Assembly (NCBI GenBank): GCA_027625315.1
Contig: JAQBWE010000001.1
Location: 1-43,602 of the forward strand
From: Planctomycetota bacterium
Lineage (GTDB): Bacteria; Planctomycetota; PLA2; JAEUHO01
Direction of reading: 5' to 3'
Length of the DNA: 43,602 bases
The notes beneath the pieces were generated by a model. That model had not been told where the DNA came from. It did not search any database and was given only the letters and a program-made list of their open reading frames with translations. Of this stretch, positions 33,904 through 42,990 are shown one piece after another (the first letter of the stretch is position 1; each line of letters begins with the position of its first letter). A program made the translations under genes and the position numbers.

Positions 33904-34692
33904 CTAGGACGAGGCGGAGGAGTACGCGCGCAGCCCGCGGCGCCAAGCAACGAGCAGGAGCGCGAAGAGCGCCGCCGCGACGAGCCCCATGTGCCCGGCG
34001 ATCGCGCCGACGTCTGACTCGAAGAGTGCGCGCGTGGGGAACGAGACCAGGATGGCGTAAGGAAGCAGGGTCGTGAGAACGCGCCGGACCCAGCCCGTGT
34101 AGATGGCATCCGGGCGGGCCGTGAAGCGGTTCAGGCCGTAGAACGTGTCCCGAAGGCCGGCCGCGTTGTGCATCCAAAATACCGGCACCATGAACAGGAA
34201 GTGCAGGCAGTACGTGATGAAGCAGCCCAGCAAGAGCAGGGCGACGTACACGCTCACCGCAGTGGCCTCCAGCGGGCCCGGGTAACGAGCCAGCGCCCAC
34301 GCCAAGACGCCCACGGCGATCACTAGGTTGAGGAACGAGTTGGCGGCGAACTCGCGCAGCGAGAGAAAGAACAGCGACGACACAGGCCGCACAAGGTAGT
34401 AATCCAGGTCCCCGCGGTTCACGAGGAGCGGAAACATCCACGCATTGTTCGAAAACAGCGTCATGTGCACGGCGTCGGCCACAAAGAGGCCCGCCGCGAA
34501 CACAAGGGCCTGATCGAAGTCCCAACCGCCCAGGAGCGGCGCATGCTGGTAGATCGCCCAAAAGAACACCAGATGGACCGCATACCAGAGCACGTCCATG
34601 CCCACGCGGAAGAAGAAGTCGACGCGGAACTCCATCGCGCGGCTGAATGAGAACCGGAGGCAATGCAGGTACAGGACCAAGTAGCGGCTCAT
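33904..34692 (-). CDS. ABC-2 type transporter permease (uncharacterised COG3694/COG4587-like family)
   Basis: Six-TM hydrophobic profile. The ATG overlaps the upstream permease stop (ATGA). It is the last gene of the ATPase-permease-permease operon. Confidence 0.7.
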   Translation of the reverse strand: MSRYLVLYLHCLRFSFSRAMEFRVDFFFRVGMDVLWYAVHLVFFWAIYQHAPLLGGWDFDQALVFAAGLFVADAVHMTLFSNNAWMFPLLVNRGDLDYYLVRPVSSLFFLSLREFAANSFLNLVIAVGVLAWALARYPGPLEATAVSVYVALLLLGCFITYCLHFLFMVPVFWMHNAAGLRDTFYGLNRFTARPDAIYTGWVRRVLTTLLPYAILVSFPTRALFESDVGAIAGHMGLVAAALFALLLVAWRRGLRAYSSASS

Positions 34693-35501
34693 ATGCCGAT
34701 CCCGCTGTACTGCAGGCAACCCCGACGCCACACCGCGCGAGCCAGCAAGGCCGCTACGACCAGCCACGCGCAGCCCACGAGCATCCCGTCAACCCACGCC
34801 TCGAACGTCACGCGACCCAGCAGCGTCTCGACCGGCAGGGCGAACAGCGCCCGGAACGGAAGCCACTCGAGAGTGCTCTGCATCCCCGTGGGGAAGAGAG
34901 TCAGAGGGATCATGGCCCCGCCGAGTAGCGCCGCGGCGTGCCGCCAGGCCACCAGCAAACTCCACACGTTGTCGGCCCAGAAGGCGATGACATGCAGGGT
35001 CCAAACGAACAGGTAGTGCAGGAGGTTGGCGAGCACGATCGCGGGAATCGCCATGGCCACGGTCGCGGGCGTTACGCCCTCGAAGCCCGTACGACCGGAG
35101 AGTACGAGCCACAGTCCGCCAAAGAGTACGGCCTGTACGAGGGCCGGCAGCAGGCTGCCGATGGACTGCGCGTACTTGAACCCGAAGTACGAGCCGGGCA
35201 GCACCAAGTAGCGGTTGAGCCCGCCCTGGTAGATGTCCTCAGAGGCCTGTCCCTCGAACTCGACCCCGCGAACCACCTTGGCCACGAGGATCACGACGAC
35301 GTAGTAGACGAGCATTTGATCGAAGGTGTAGCCTCCGATCGCTTCCGTGCCGCTCATCGCGAACATGGCCTTCCACAAGAACCAGACCAGCGCGAACTCA
35401 GCTCCGAACCCAGCGATGGCGTTGATCCAAAAGTCCACGCGGTAACTCATGCGCCGGCGGGCTTCCATCGTTGCGACGTGCAGGAAGAGACCCGGGCTCA
35501 C
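34689..35501 (-). CDS. ABC-2 type transporter permease
   Basis: Six-TM profile. The start overlaps the ATPase stop by 4 nt. Confidence 0.7.
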   Translation of the reverse strand: MSPGLFLHVATMEARRRMSYRVDFWINAIAGFGAEFALVWFLWKAMFAMSGTEAIGGYTFDQMLVYYVVVILVAKVVRGVEFEGQASEDIYQGGLNRYLVLPGSYFGFKYAQSIGSLLPALVQAVLFGGLWLVLSGRTGFEGVTPATVAMAIPAIVLANLLHYLFVWTLHVIAFWADNVWSLLVAWRHAAALLGGAMIPLTLFPTGMQSTLEWLPFRALFALPVETLLGRVTFEAWVDGMLVGCAWLVVAALLARAVWRRGCLQYSGIGI

Positions 35502-36487
35502 GACGGGCCCACGCGGCGCTCGCGAAAGATGCGCTCGATGACGGTGCCGATATCCTCCTCGTCGATGGCGAGGTCAGCGACGGGCAGTTCGCGCAGGATC
35601 GTGGCGGCAGCCTCGGCCACGCGCGCGCGCAGTACCCGCACCTGCAGCAGGTACTCCTCCTGCTTCACGAGGGTGCCCAGGCCTGCCAGTACAGCCGGAG
35701 GCAGGCTCGCCGGTCGCTCCAGATGGGCGGTGATGACCTTCTGAGATGTGTGGCGGCTCGCGACCTGATCGAGCGGACCGTCGTAGAGAAAGGCACCCTC
35801 ATCGATGATGACGATGCGCTTGCACAGGCGCTCGATGTCCTCCATGTAGTGCGACGTCAAGATGATCGCAGGCTTGCGCGTCTCGCGGTACGACAAGATG
35901 AACTCGCGGATCGCCCGTTGGGCCGTCAAGTCGAGCCCGATCGTGGGCTCGTCGAGAAACACGATCTTGGGATCGTGCAGTAGCGCGGCGATGAGCTCCA
36001 TCTTCATTCGCTCGCCGAGGGACAGGCGACGCACCTGCACATGCAGGTGCCTGGTGACGTCCAGGGTCTCGGCGAGGTACGCAAGGTTCTCGCGATAGCG
36101 CGCCTCAGGAATGCGGTAGATCTCCCTGAGGAGCAGGAAGCCGTCGGCCGCGGGCAGGTCCCACCACAGTTGGGCCTTTTGGCCCATCACCAGGGCAATC
36201 TGGCGCCGAAAGTCATTCTCTCGCTGCCACGGGATGTGGCCGAGAACGGTTGCTTCCCCCGACGTCGGGTGGATGATGCCGGCGAGCATTTTGACGAGGG
36301 TGGTCTTGCCCGCGCCGTTGGCTCCGACGAGGCCGAGGATCTCACCCTCCGCTACGTGCAGGGACACGCCTTGCACGGCGTGGCGTGCGACTGTCTTGCG
36401 CGCGAAGAGGGAGCGAACCGAGCCCATGAGGCCGGGTGCCTTTTCGTGGACGGTGTATGTCTTGCTGAGGTCGCGCACATGGATCAT
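35498..36487 (-). CDS. ABC transporter ATP-binding protein (COG4586-like)
   Basis: Walker A GANGAGKTT, signature LSLGERMK, Walker B IVFLDEPT. Start at the internal ATG 36487. Confidence 0.85.
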   Translation of the reverse strand: MIHVRDLSKTYTVHEKAPGLMGSVRSLFARKTVARHAVQGVSLHVAEGEILGLVGANGAGKTTLVKMLAGIIHPTSGEATVLGHIPWQRENDFRRQIALVMGQKAQLWWDLPAADGFLLLREIYRIPEARYRENLAYLAETLDVTRHLHVQVRRLSLGERMKMELIAALLHDPKIVFLDEPTIGLDLTAQRAIREFILSYRETRKPAIILTSHYMEDIERLCKRIVIIDEGAFLYDGPLDQVASRHTSQKVITAHLERPASLPPAVLAGLGTLVKQEEYLLQVRVLRARVAEAAATILRELPVADLAIDEEDIGTVIERIFRERRVGPS

Positions 36488-36578
36488 GGGGGGCTGAGGA
36501 TAGCGCGGGCAGACCCCCGCCGCGGCGGGCACCACGAGTTCGCGTGGTAGTGTGGGCGCCCCCCTGAGGAGAGCACCC

Positions 36579-38012
36579 GTGATCGAGGCACTAGAGGCGC
36601 GGTTCAAGGAAGTCCTACCGGACGTCGACCACTGTTCCTTGCGGTATCAGTCTGAGCGCAGCGAGTCGATCGCCGTGCGCCAAGACGTCCTGCAGCCCGT
36701 ATCCGACGGCACCGATGCGGGCGTGATGATCACCGTCGCGCACCGCGGCGGGCTCGGCTACGCGGCCACGAGCGACCTCACCCGAGCCGGTCTCGCGGAG
36801 GCCGTACGCCGCGCGACGCGCTGGGCGGAGCAGACCGCCGGCCGCAGCGTGGCTGACTTCTCGGCCGTGCCCTACGACGTCGCCCAGGGCTCCTACACCT
36901 CGCAGGTCGGCACCGCGTGGAACAGCCTGCCGCTCGCCACGCGCATCGACATGATTCGCGAGCAATGCGCGCGTCTCAAGGTGGATGACCGCATCGTGGA
37001 TTGGTACGCCGGAGTCTCCCACACCGAAGGCGAGACGCTCTACCTCGACAACCGCGGGGCGCGCCTACATCAGGCCTTCCACTGGCTCGTGCCCGTCATG
37101 GCCGTGACGGCCAACCAGGGTGGCGAGACCCAGACGCGCACGCTGGGGGGCTACGGCTTGGGCCGCCAGGGTGGAGCCGAGGTGCTTGACGATGTAGGCT
37201 TCCACATCGAGGCGCCGCGGCTCGCGCGCGAGGCGCTTGAGCTCCTGAGCGCACCGGACTGTCCGACGGGCACGATGGACCTGGTTCTCATGCCCGACCA
37301 GATGATCCTGCAGATTCACGAGTCCATCGGGCACCCCCTGGAACTCGACCGCATCCTCGGCGACGAGCGCAACTACGCCGGCACGAGCTTCGTCACACTC
37401 GACATGTTCGGGTCCTACCGCTACGGCTCGGACCTCTTGAACATCACGTTCGATCCGACGCGCGGCGATGAGCTCGCCAGCTACGCGTTCGACGACGAGG
37501 GCCGCAGGGCGGAGCGCGCCTACATCATCGAGAAGGGCATTCTGAAGCGCCCCCTGGGCGGCACGACCTCGCAGGCGCGCGCGGGCGTCGAGGGTGTGGC
37601 CAACGCACGTGCGTGCGGCTGGAACCGACCCCCGATCGATCGCATGGCGAACCTCAATCTCGAGCCGGGCAGCCACTCGCTCGACGACTTGATCGGCGGC
37701 GTCGAGCGCGGCGTTCTCATGGCCACCAACTGTTCGTGGTCGATCGACGACTCACGCAACAAGTTCCAGTTCGGCTGCGAGTACGGCCGCCTCATCGAGA
37801 ACGGCGCCCTCGGCGGCGTCGTTCGGAAGAGCAACTACCGTGGCGTATCCGCCACCTTCTGGCGCAGTCTCGCCGCCGTGGGCAGCGAAGCCACGGTGCA
37901 AGTGATGGGCACGCCCAACTGCGGCAAGGGCGAGCCGAACCAGATGGTGCGCGTGGGCCACGCGAGTCCGGCCTGCCTTTTCCGCGACGTGGCCGTGTTC
38001 GGCGGCGCGTAA
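36579..38012 (+). CDS. tldD: TldD-type metalloprotease subunit
   Basis: HExxxH motif HESIGHPLE in a TldD/PmbA fold-family context. GTG 36579 is preferred over GTG 36552 because of a GAGGAG RBS 8 nt upstream. Confidence 0.8.
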   Translation: MIEALEARFKEVLPDVDHCSLRYQSERSESIAVRQDVLQPVSDGTDAGVMITVAHRGGLGYAATSDLTRAGLAEAVRRATRWAEQTAGRSVADFSAVPYDVAQGSYTSQVGTAWNSLPLATRIDMIREQCARLKVDDRIVDWYAGVSHTEGETLYLDNRGARLHQAFHWLVPVMAVTANQGGETQTRTLGGYGLGRQGGAEVLDDVGFHIEAPRLAREALELLSAPDCPTGTMDLVLMPDQMILQIHESIGHPLELDRILGDERNYAGTSFVTLDMFGSYRYGSDLLNITFDPTRGDELASYAFDDEGRRAERAYIIEKGILKRPLGGTTSQARAGVEGVANARACGWNRPPIDRMANLNLEPGSHSLDDLIGGVERGVLMATNCSWSIDDSRNKFQFGCEYGRLIENGALGGVVRKSNYRGVSATFWRSLAAVGSEATVQVMGTPNCGKGEPNQMVRVGHASPACLFRDVAVFGGA

Positions 38013-38037
38013 CCCGCGCCCTGGCTGGAGAATCTCC

Positions 38038-39360
38038 GTGCAGCAGTACTTCTACGACCTCGCTGATCACCTGACTTCGCTCCTCCAAGGGGAGGAGGTC
38101 TACACTGCCAAGTTCGCCGGCGAAGCCAGCGACTTCGTGCGCTTCAACCAAGGCGCCGTGCGCCAGGCCGGACACGTGATCCAGCGCGGCATCGGGATCG
38201 ATCTCATCCTGGGTCGGCGGCATGCCGGTGCCAGCACGACACTCTCCGGTGACAGCGCCGAAGACCTCGCGCGCCTCAGCACACTCGTGGCTTCGCTGCG
38301 CGCGAAGCTCGCGCTGCTGCCGGAGGATCCCTACCTGCTATACGCGACGGACGTGCAGTCGAGCGAGCGTCACGCGGCGTCGGAGTTGCCCGCGCCGGAG
38401 CGTTCCGTGGAGCGCATCCGCGAGGCGGCGGCCGGCCGCGATCTCGTCGGGCTGTACGCGGCCGGCGGCGTGGGCTCCGGTTTCGCCAACAGCCTCGGAC
38501 AGCGCAACTGGTACGAGACCAACAGCTTCAATCTTGACTGGAGCTTCTATCACCACGCGGACAAGGCGGTGAAAGCCGACTACGCGGGCTTTGAGTGGAA
38601 CGACGCGGCGTTTGAGCGCAAGGTCGCGACCGCCGTCGACCAGCTCGGCGCATTGTCCCGCGCACCGTTGACGGTGGACCCCGGCGAGTACCGCGTGTAT
38701 CTCGCCCCGGCGGCTGTCAACGACATCGTCGGGCTGCTGGGCTGGGGCGGCTTCGGTCTCAAGAGCCATCGCACACGCCAAACCCCCCTCCTCAAGATGA
38801 CGACGGGCGAGGCCTCGCTGGCTCCGGGCGTCACGATCCGCGAGAACACGGCCGAGGGCGTTGCGGCCAACTTCCAAAGCTCGGGCTTCATTCGGCCCGA
38901 CGCAGTCACCCTGATCGAGGGCGGCGCGTATCGCGAGTGCCTCGTCTCGCCGCGCTCGGCCAAGGAGTACGGCGTACCGACGAACGGCGCGTCGGGTAGC
39001 GAGTCGCCTGAGTCGCTCGATCTCGGCGCGGGCACGCTGCCGACGTCCGCGGCGGTCGAGCGGCTGGGTCGCGGCCTCTACGTGGGCAACGTCCACTACC
39101 TGAACTACTCCGACCGCAGCTCCTGCCGAACCACGGGCATGACGCGGTTTGCGACCTTCTGGGTCGAGGGCGGCGAGATCCAGGCCCCGATCAACGTGAT
39201 GCGCTTCGACGAGACCGTGTACCGCGTGCTGGGTCAGAACCTCGTCGATCTCACGGCCGAGCGCGAGTTCCTGCTCGACTCCGGTACCTATGGCGGCCGC
39301 TCGACTGTCAGCGGGCGCATGCCTGGAGCCCTCGTCGAGGACTTCCGCTTCACGCTTTGA
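38038..39360 (+). CDS. pmbA: PmbA/TldE-type partner subunit (no HExxxH)
   Basis: TldD/PmbA family length and C-terminal conserved region (GLYVGNVHYLNYSD...GMTRFATFWVEGGEI). It lies immediately downstream of tldD. Confidence 0.75.
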   Translation: MQQYFYDLADHLTSLLQGEEVYTAKFAGEASDFVRFNQGAVRQAGHVIQRGIGIDLILGRRHAGASTTLSGDSAEDLARLSTLVASLRAKLALLPEDPYLLYATDVQSSERHAASELPAPERSVERIREAAAGRDLVGLYAAGGVGSGFANSLGQRNWYETNSFNLDWSFYHHADKAVKADYAGFEWNDAAFERKVATAVDQLGALSRAPLTVDPGEYRVYLAPAAVNDIVGLLGWGGFGLKSHRTRQTPLLKMTTGEASLAPGVTIRENTAEGVAANFQSSGFIRPDAVTLIEGGAYRECLVSPRSAKEYGVPTNGASGSESPESLDLGAGTLPTSAAVERLGRGLYVGNVHYLNYSDRSSCRTTGMTRFATFWVEGGEIQAPINVMRFDETVYRVLGQNLVDLTAEREFLLDSGTYGGRSTVSGRMPGALVEDFRFTL

Positions 39361-39742
39361 ACGGGCGCAGAGGGGCACCCGCGATGCGGTGGGAGCCCAC
39401 GGGCTGCCCGCCGGCCAGGTGCTCAACGACGATCCGCTCCATCACCGGCACGGTGATGCCCGCGTACCAGACACCCTCCGGGTAGACGACCGCGATCGGC
39501 CCGCCGCGGCAGACGCGCATACAGCCGGCCTTGGTGCGCATCACACAGGGCAGGCTCTCGCTCGCGTGGACCCGGCCCTCAAGCCCCAACTCGGCGAGGC
39601 GGCGCTTCAAGTGTGCCCAGGCCGCGGCGGCCTCTACCGGGGGAGCGCACTTCGGCTCCGCCGCGTCAACGCATAGGAAGATGTGGTGGTGGGCACGGCC
39701 CACACCCAAGCCTGCGGCCACACGTCGAAGGCTCTCGTCCAC
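39350..39742 (-). CDS. Thioredoxin-like [2Fe-2S] ferredoxin domain protein
   Basis: Cys pattern FLC-x7-C ... GCMRVC, and the IAVVYPEGVWY motif typical of this family. The GTG start lies 8 nt after the upstream stop. Confidence 0.55.
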   Translation of the reverse strand: MDESLRRVAAGLGVGRAHHHIFLCVDAAEPKCAPPVEAAAAWAHLKRRLAELGLEGRVHASESLPCVMRTKAGCMRVCRGGPIAVVYPEGVWYAGITVPVMERIVVEHLAGGQPVGSHRIAGAPLRPFKA

Positions 39743-39749
39743 TGCCGTC

Positions 39750-40307
39750 CTAGTCGTGCTCGTCGTCGTAGTGGTCGCCGTAGTCGCCATCGTCGTAGTC
39801 ATCGCCGTCGTGATGCGCGTCGGAATCCGCGCTCGGGATGTCGATGTTGACGTAGGCCATGACGCCGAAGCAGAGGAGACCGACGTAGGCCTCGCCCCAG
39901 TAGACCTGGCGCGCAAACCGCGCGACGTTGGGCAGCTCAGGCCAGTCGAACTTGAGCAGAATCACCATCTGGACGAGGGCGAAGAGCAGTCCTGCGCAGT
40001 TCCAGAAGAACACATACAGGCGCGGCTTGTGGGCATGGAAGTCGGCGCCGCGCCACATGAAGCCGAACACCACGACCGCCCCCAACGCCACCGTCACGGC
40101 GTGGGTCACGAACAGCACGATGGCAAACACGGTGGGGAAGCCGAACCGAAACGGCTCCGCGTCGGGCAGCAGGTTGGCCGCGGCGAACAACAGCAGCCAC
40201 AGCCCGAGGAACAGGGTCAGGGCGAAGCCGAGGGCATTGACCCAGCCCAGCCGGCTGCGATGCCACCAAGGCGGCTTGGGCGGGAGTTCGGGACGAGCGC
40301 GGGCCAT
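39750..40307 (-). CDS. Four-TM membrane protein with an Asp/Tyr/His-rich C-terminal tail
   Basis: Start at ATG 40307 with a GGAGGA RBS. Hydrophobic helices. The tail is SADSDAHHDGDDYDDGDYGDHYDDEHD. I do not recognise the family. Confidence 0.6.
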   Translation of the reverse strand: MARARPELPPKPPWWHRSRLGWVNALGFALTLFLGLWLLLFAAANLLPDAEPFRFGFPTVFAIVLFVTHAVTVALGAVVVFGFMWRGADFHAHKPRLYVFFWNCAGLLFALVQMVILLKFDWPELPNVARFARQVYWGEAYVGLLCFGVMAYVNIDIPSADSDAHHDGDDYDDGDYGDHYDDEHD

Positions 40308-40374
40308 GAATCCTCCGGGCAAGGGCGGGAACGTACCCCGGCGCCGCGTGGGACGCACGAAACGCTGGGTGTAA

Positions 40375-40405
40375 GCGCTCACCGGTCCTGCCGAGCACGT
40401 ACGGC
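40375..40405 (+). repeat. ~31-bp direct repeat, copy 1 (partner at 40609-40640)
   Basis: gcgctcaccggtcctgccgagcacgtacggc vs gacgctcaccggtctggccgagcacctgcggc. The two copies bracket the R1 core. Confidence 0.75.
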
Positions 40406-40441
40406 TTTGTGGATGCGGGGCGTGGGATTGCCGTCGTCGTC

Positions 40442-40601
40442 CTCGCGGGGGCCCTACCCCGCGTCGTCCTAGCCGGCTGCCCCACACCCTCGCCCCACGA
40501 ACCCGATCGCTTGCGTGCGGACCCTGATCCCGCGTTCGCACGCGGGATCGCCGCGCGCGTCGCACAACCCCCGTAGCAGAAGGGGATGAACGGATTCCGC
40601 G
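40442..40601 (+). repeat. Dispersed intergenic repeat R1, copy B
   Basis: 40442-40511 are identical to 1-70 and similarity extends to ~40601. It contains a 9-bp perfect hairpin gatcccgcg-ttcgca-cgcgggatc (40526-40549). Confidence 0.9.
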
Positions 40602-40757
40602 GGGCGCAGACGCTCACCGGTCTGGCCGAGCACCTGCGGCCCGCCAGATGCTTGACCTCGCACCGGCCTCGGCTCCTCGAGCCTCGTGCGCGGCCAAGCC
40701 GCGCATGGGAGGTGAGCGCTTTCTTCCAGCTGTAGGCGGGGTCGGTACCCTCGGGCT

Positions 40758-41411
40758 ATGGACGCAGGGACCACTGCCCGCAGCCCGCTGCGCTTCGATA
40801 CGCCCGCGGCGTGGGTCGCTACAGCACTCCAGAATCCGCGGCTGATGTTGAACGACCACGCGCACCTCGAGCGCAAGGCCGCCACGAACGCGCTCGATCT
40901 GATCGGGCGCTGGCCCTATCCCGTGGCGGCCGATGGAGCAGACGTCGACCGCGCGGCCGACCGCTGGGCCCGCAGGCTGGCGTCGATTGCGCGCGACGAG
41001 GTTCAGCACCTCGGCCAGGTACTGCGCCTCCTGCAGGCCCGCGGCGGCCACTTCGAGCGCGTGCACACCAACCCGTATGCCGCGACCCTGCGGGGCGCCG
41101 TCCGCAGGGGCGAGGGCCTGCGCGAACTGCTCGATCGACTCCTCGTGAGCGCTCTGATTGAGGCCCGATCGGGGGAGCGCTTCCAACTGCTCGCGACCCA
41201 GGCCGACGATGCAGAGCTCGCTCGCTTCTACGCCGCGCTCGTCGTGTCGGAGGAGGGGCACTACCGGATGTTCATCGAGTTGGCGGGACTGTTGCCGGGC
41301 GTGGCCGACGAGATCGAGTCGCGCTGGTCCGAGCTGCTCGACGTGGAGGCCGCGGCGATTGCCGCGGCGCCCGCCGGATCGACCCTGCACGGTGGCGTGC
41401 GTACGCCGTGA
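40758..41411 (+). CDS. miaE: tRNA-(ms2io6A37) hydroxylase MiaE (ferritin-like diiron enzyme)
   Basis: LNDHAHLERKAA, ARDEVQHL, SALIEARSGERF and SEEGHYRMF match the diiron E/ExxH ligand pattern and order of MiaE. Confidence 0.8.
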   Translation: MDAGTTARSPLRFDTPAAWVATALQNPRLMLNDHAHLERKAATNALDLIGRWPYPVAADGADVDRAADRWARRLASIARDEVQHLGQVLRLLQARGGHFERVHTNPYAATLRGAVRRGEGLRELLDRLLVSALIEARSGERFQLLATQADDAELARFYAALVVSEEGHYRMFIELAGLLPGVADEIESRWSELLDVEAAAIAAAPAGSTLHGGVRTP

Positions 41412-42142
41412 CCGCTGAGCACGTCGCGATTGCAGTCCTCGTTTTTGCGGCGGCCTTTACGCAAGGATCCATTGGGTTCGGGTTCGGCCTCGTGGTGATG
41501 GCCGCCTTGCCGACCATGCTGCCGCTGCAGGTGGCCGTGCCGTTCACCGCCGTCTACGGCGCGTGCGTGGCAGCGATCATCTTCTGGCGCTACCGGCGGC
41601 ACGCGAGCGCACGCGAGATGCTGCCGATGTTGATCGGTTCGGTCGCGGGACTGCCGCTGGGCATCCTGGCGCTGCGCGATCTGGACCCCGAGCCGTGCAT
41701 CCGCGCGCTCGGCGTGTTTCTGATCGCGTTTGTGCTGCAGGCTGCGTGGCCACGGCGGACGGCCGCGCCTGAGCGCGAGGCCGTCGCACGCCGCTGGGGC
41801 GTGCCGGCCGGCTTCGCGGCTGGACTCTTCAGCGGCGCGTTCGCGATGGGAGGGCCGCCCGTGATTGCCTACGCGACCGCCCGCCGGTTTAGTCCGGCGA
41901 CGTTCAAGGGCGTGCTGCAGGGCTACTTCATGATCACGACGGCAATCCTCGTGGGCATGCTGGCCTACGCGGGCCTCCTGACCAGCACGGTGCTGGAGCA
42001 CAACCTCCACTTCGCGCCGATGGTGCCGCTGGGCATCTGGATCGGCACGCGCTACGGCGACCGCATCCCGCCCGTGCTGTTTCGCCGGTTCGTGCTGGGC
42101 GCGCTCTTGCTGCTCGGCCTCAAGTACGTCGTAGGACTCTAG
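41408..42142 (+). CDS. TauE/SafE family anion exporter membrane protein (DUF81)
   Basis: Polytopic, Gly-rich helices (FTQGSIGFGFGLV; GAFAMGGPPVIAY). The GTG start overlaps the miaE stop. Confidence 0.7.
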   Translation: MTAEHVAIAVLVFAAAFTQGSIGFGFGLVVMAALPTMLPLQVAVPFTAVYGACVAAIIFWRYRRHASAREMLPMLIGSVAGLPLGILALRDLDPEPCIRALGVFLIAFVLQAAWPRRTAAPEREAVARRWGVPAGFAAGLFSGAFAMGGPPVIAYATARRFSPATFKGVLQGYFMITTAILVGMLAYAGLLTSTVLEHNLHFAPMVPLGIWIGTRYGDRIPPVLFRRFVLGALLLLGLKYVVGL

Positions 42143-42144
42143 CC

Positions 42145-42990
42145 ATGCCCGAGCTGCCTGAGGTCGAGACCGTCACGCGCTTGATCCGCCCCCAGCTCGA
42201 AGGCAGGCGGATCGTCGGAGCCGACGTGCAGTGGCTGCGTACGCTCGGGGGCCCCTCGCGCGCGGTGTTCGAACGCGCCGTGACGGGCTGCACCGTGAAG
42301 CACGTGCGCCGGCGGGCCAAACACATCCTCTTCGACCTCGCCCGGGGTCGGGAGCCGGCCGGCGCCTTGGCGGTACATCTCCGCATGACCGGGCGCTTGT
42401 TCGTCGCAGGCCTGGCGGCGCCGCGTGACGCGTACGCACGCGTCACGCTCGACCTCCACGATGACACGCGACTCGTGTTCGTGGACGTGCGCAAGTTCGG
42501 TCGGTTCCGGTTCGTGCCCGATGCCGCCGCGTTCACCGCCGGCCTCGGACCCGAACCACTCGAAGCGGCATTCACGCCAGAGTGGCTCTACACGGCGTTG
42601 CGGGCCCGGCGCCGCATGCTGAAGCCTCTGCTCCTCGACCAGACCTTCCTCGCGGGCCTCGGCAACATCTACGTCGATGAGTGCCTGCACCGCGCGCGAC
42701 TGCATCCCGAGCGCAGCGCGCAGACCGTGACGCAGGCCCAAGCGTCGGCGCTACACGGCGCGATCCGCTCTGTGCTCGCCGCGGCCATCGAGCGCCAGGG
42801 GTCCAGCTTCGACAAGTTCTACCGAACACCAGAGGGTCAGCCGGGCAGCTACCAGCATGAGTTCCGCGTCTACGGCCGCGCGGGCCAGCCCTGTCCCGCG
42901 TGTGGCGCCTCGATTCGGCGCTTCGTCGTTGGGCAGCGGGGGACGCACGCCTGTCTACGCTGCCAGCGCCCACCGCGGCGGAGCGATTAA
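42145..42990 (+). CDS. mutM: Formamidopyrimidine-DNA glycosylase
   Basis: N-terminal MPELPEVE, H2TH region LLDQTFLAGLGNIYVDECLH, and a C-terminal zinc finger CPACG...CLRCQ. Confidence 0.9.
   Translation: MPELPEVETVTRLIRPQLEGRRIVGADVQWLRTLGGPSRAVFERAVTGCTVKHVRRRAKHILFDLARGREPAGALAVHLRMTGRLFVAGLAAPRDAYARVTLDLHDDTRLVFVDVRKFGRFRFVPDAAAFTAGLGPEPLEAAFTPEWLYTALRARRRMLKPLLLDQTFLAGLGNIYVDECLHRARLHPERSAQTVTQAQASALHGAIRSVLAAAIERQGSSFDKFYRTPEGQPGSYQHEFRVYGRAGQPCPACGASIRRFVVGQRGTHACLRCQRPPRRSD

Noticed and set aside
36488-39360. TldD/PmbA plus ABC exporter as a RiPP/microcin biosynthetic cluster.
   Set aside because: No precursor-peptide ORF, cyclodehydratase, dehydrogenase or immunity gene is visible. 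TldD/PmbA pairs are common housekeeping genes. The idea is kept only as a low-interest adjacency note.
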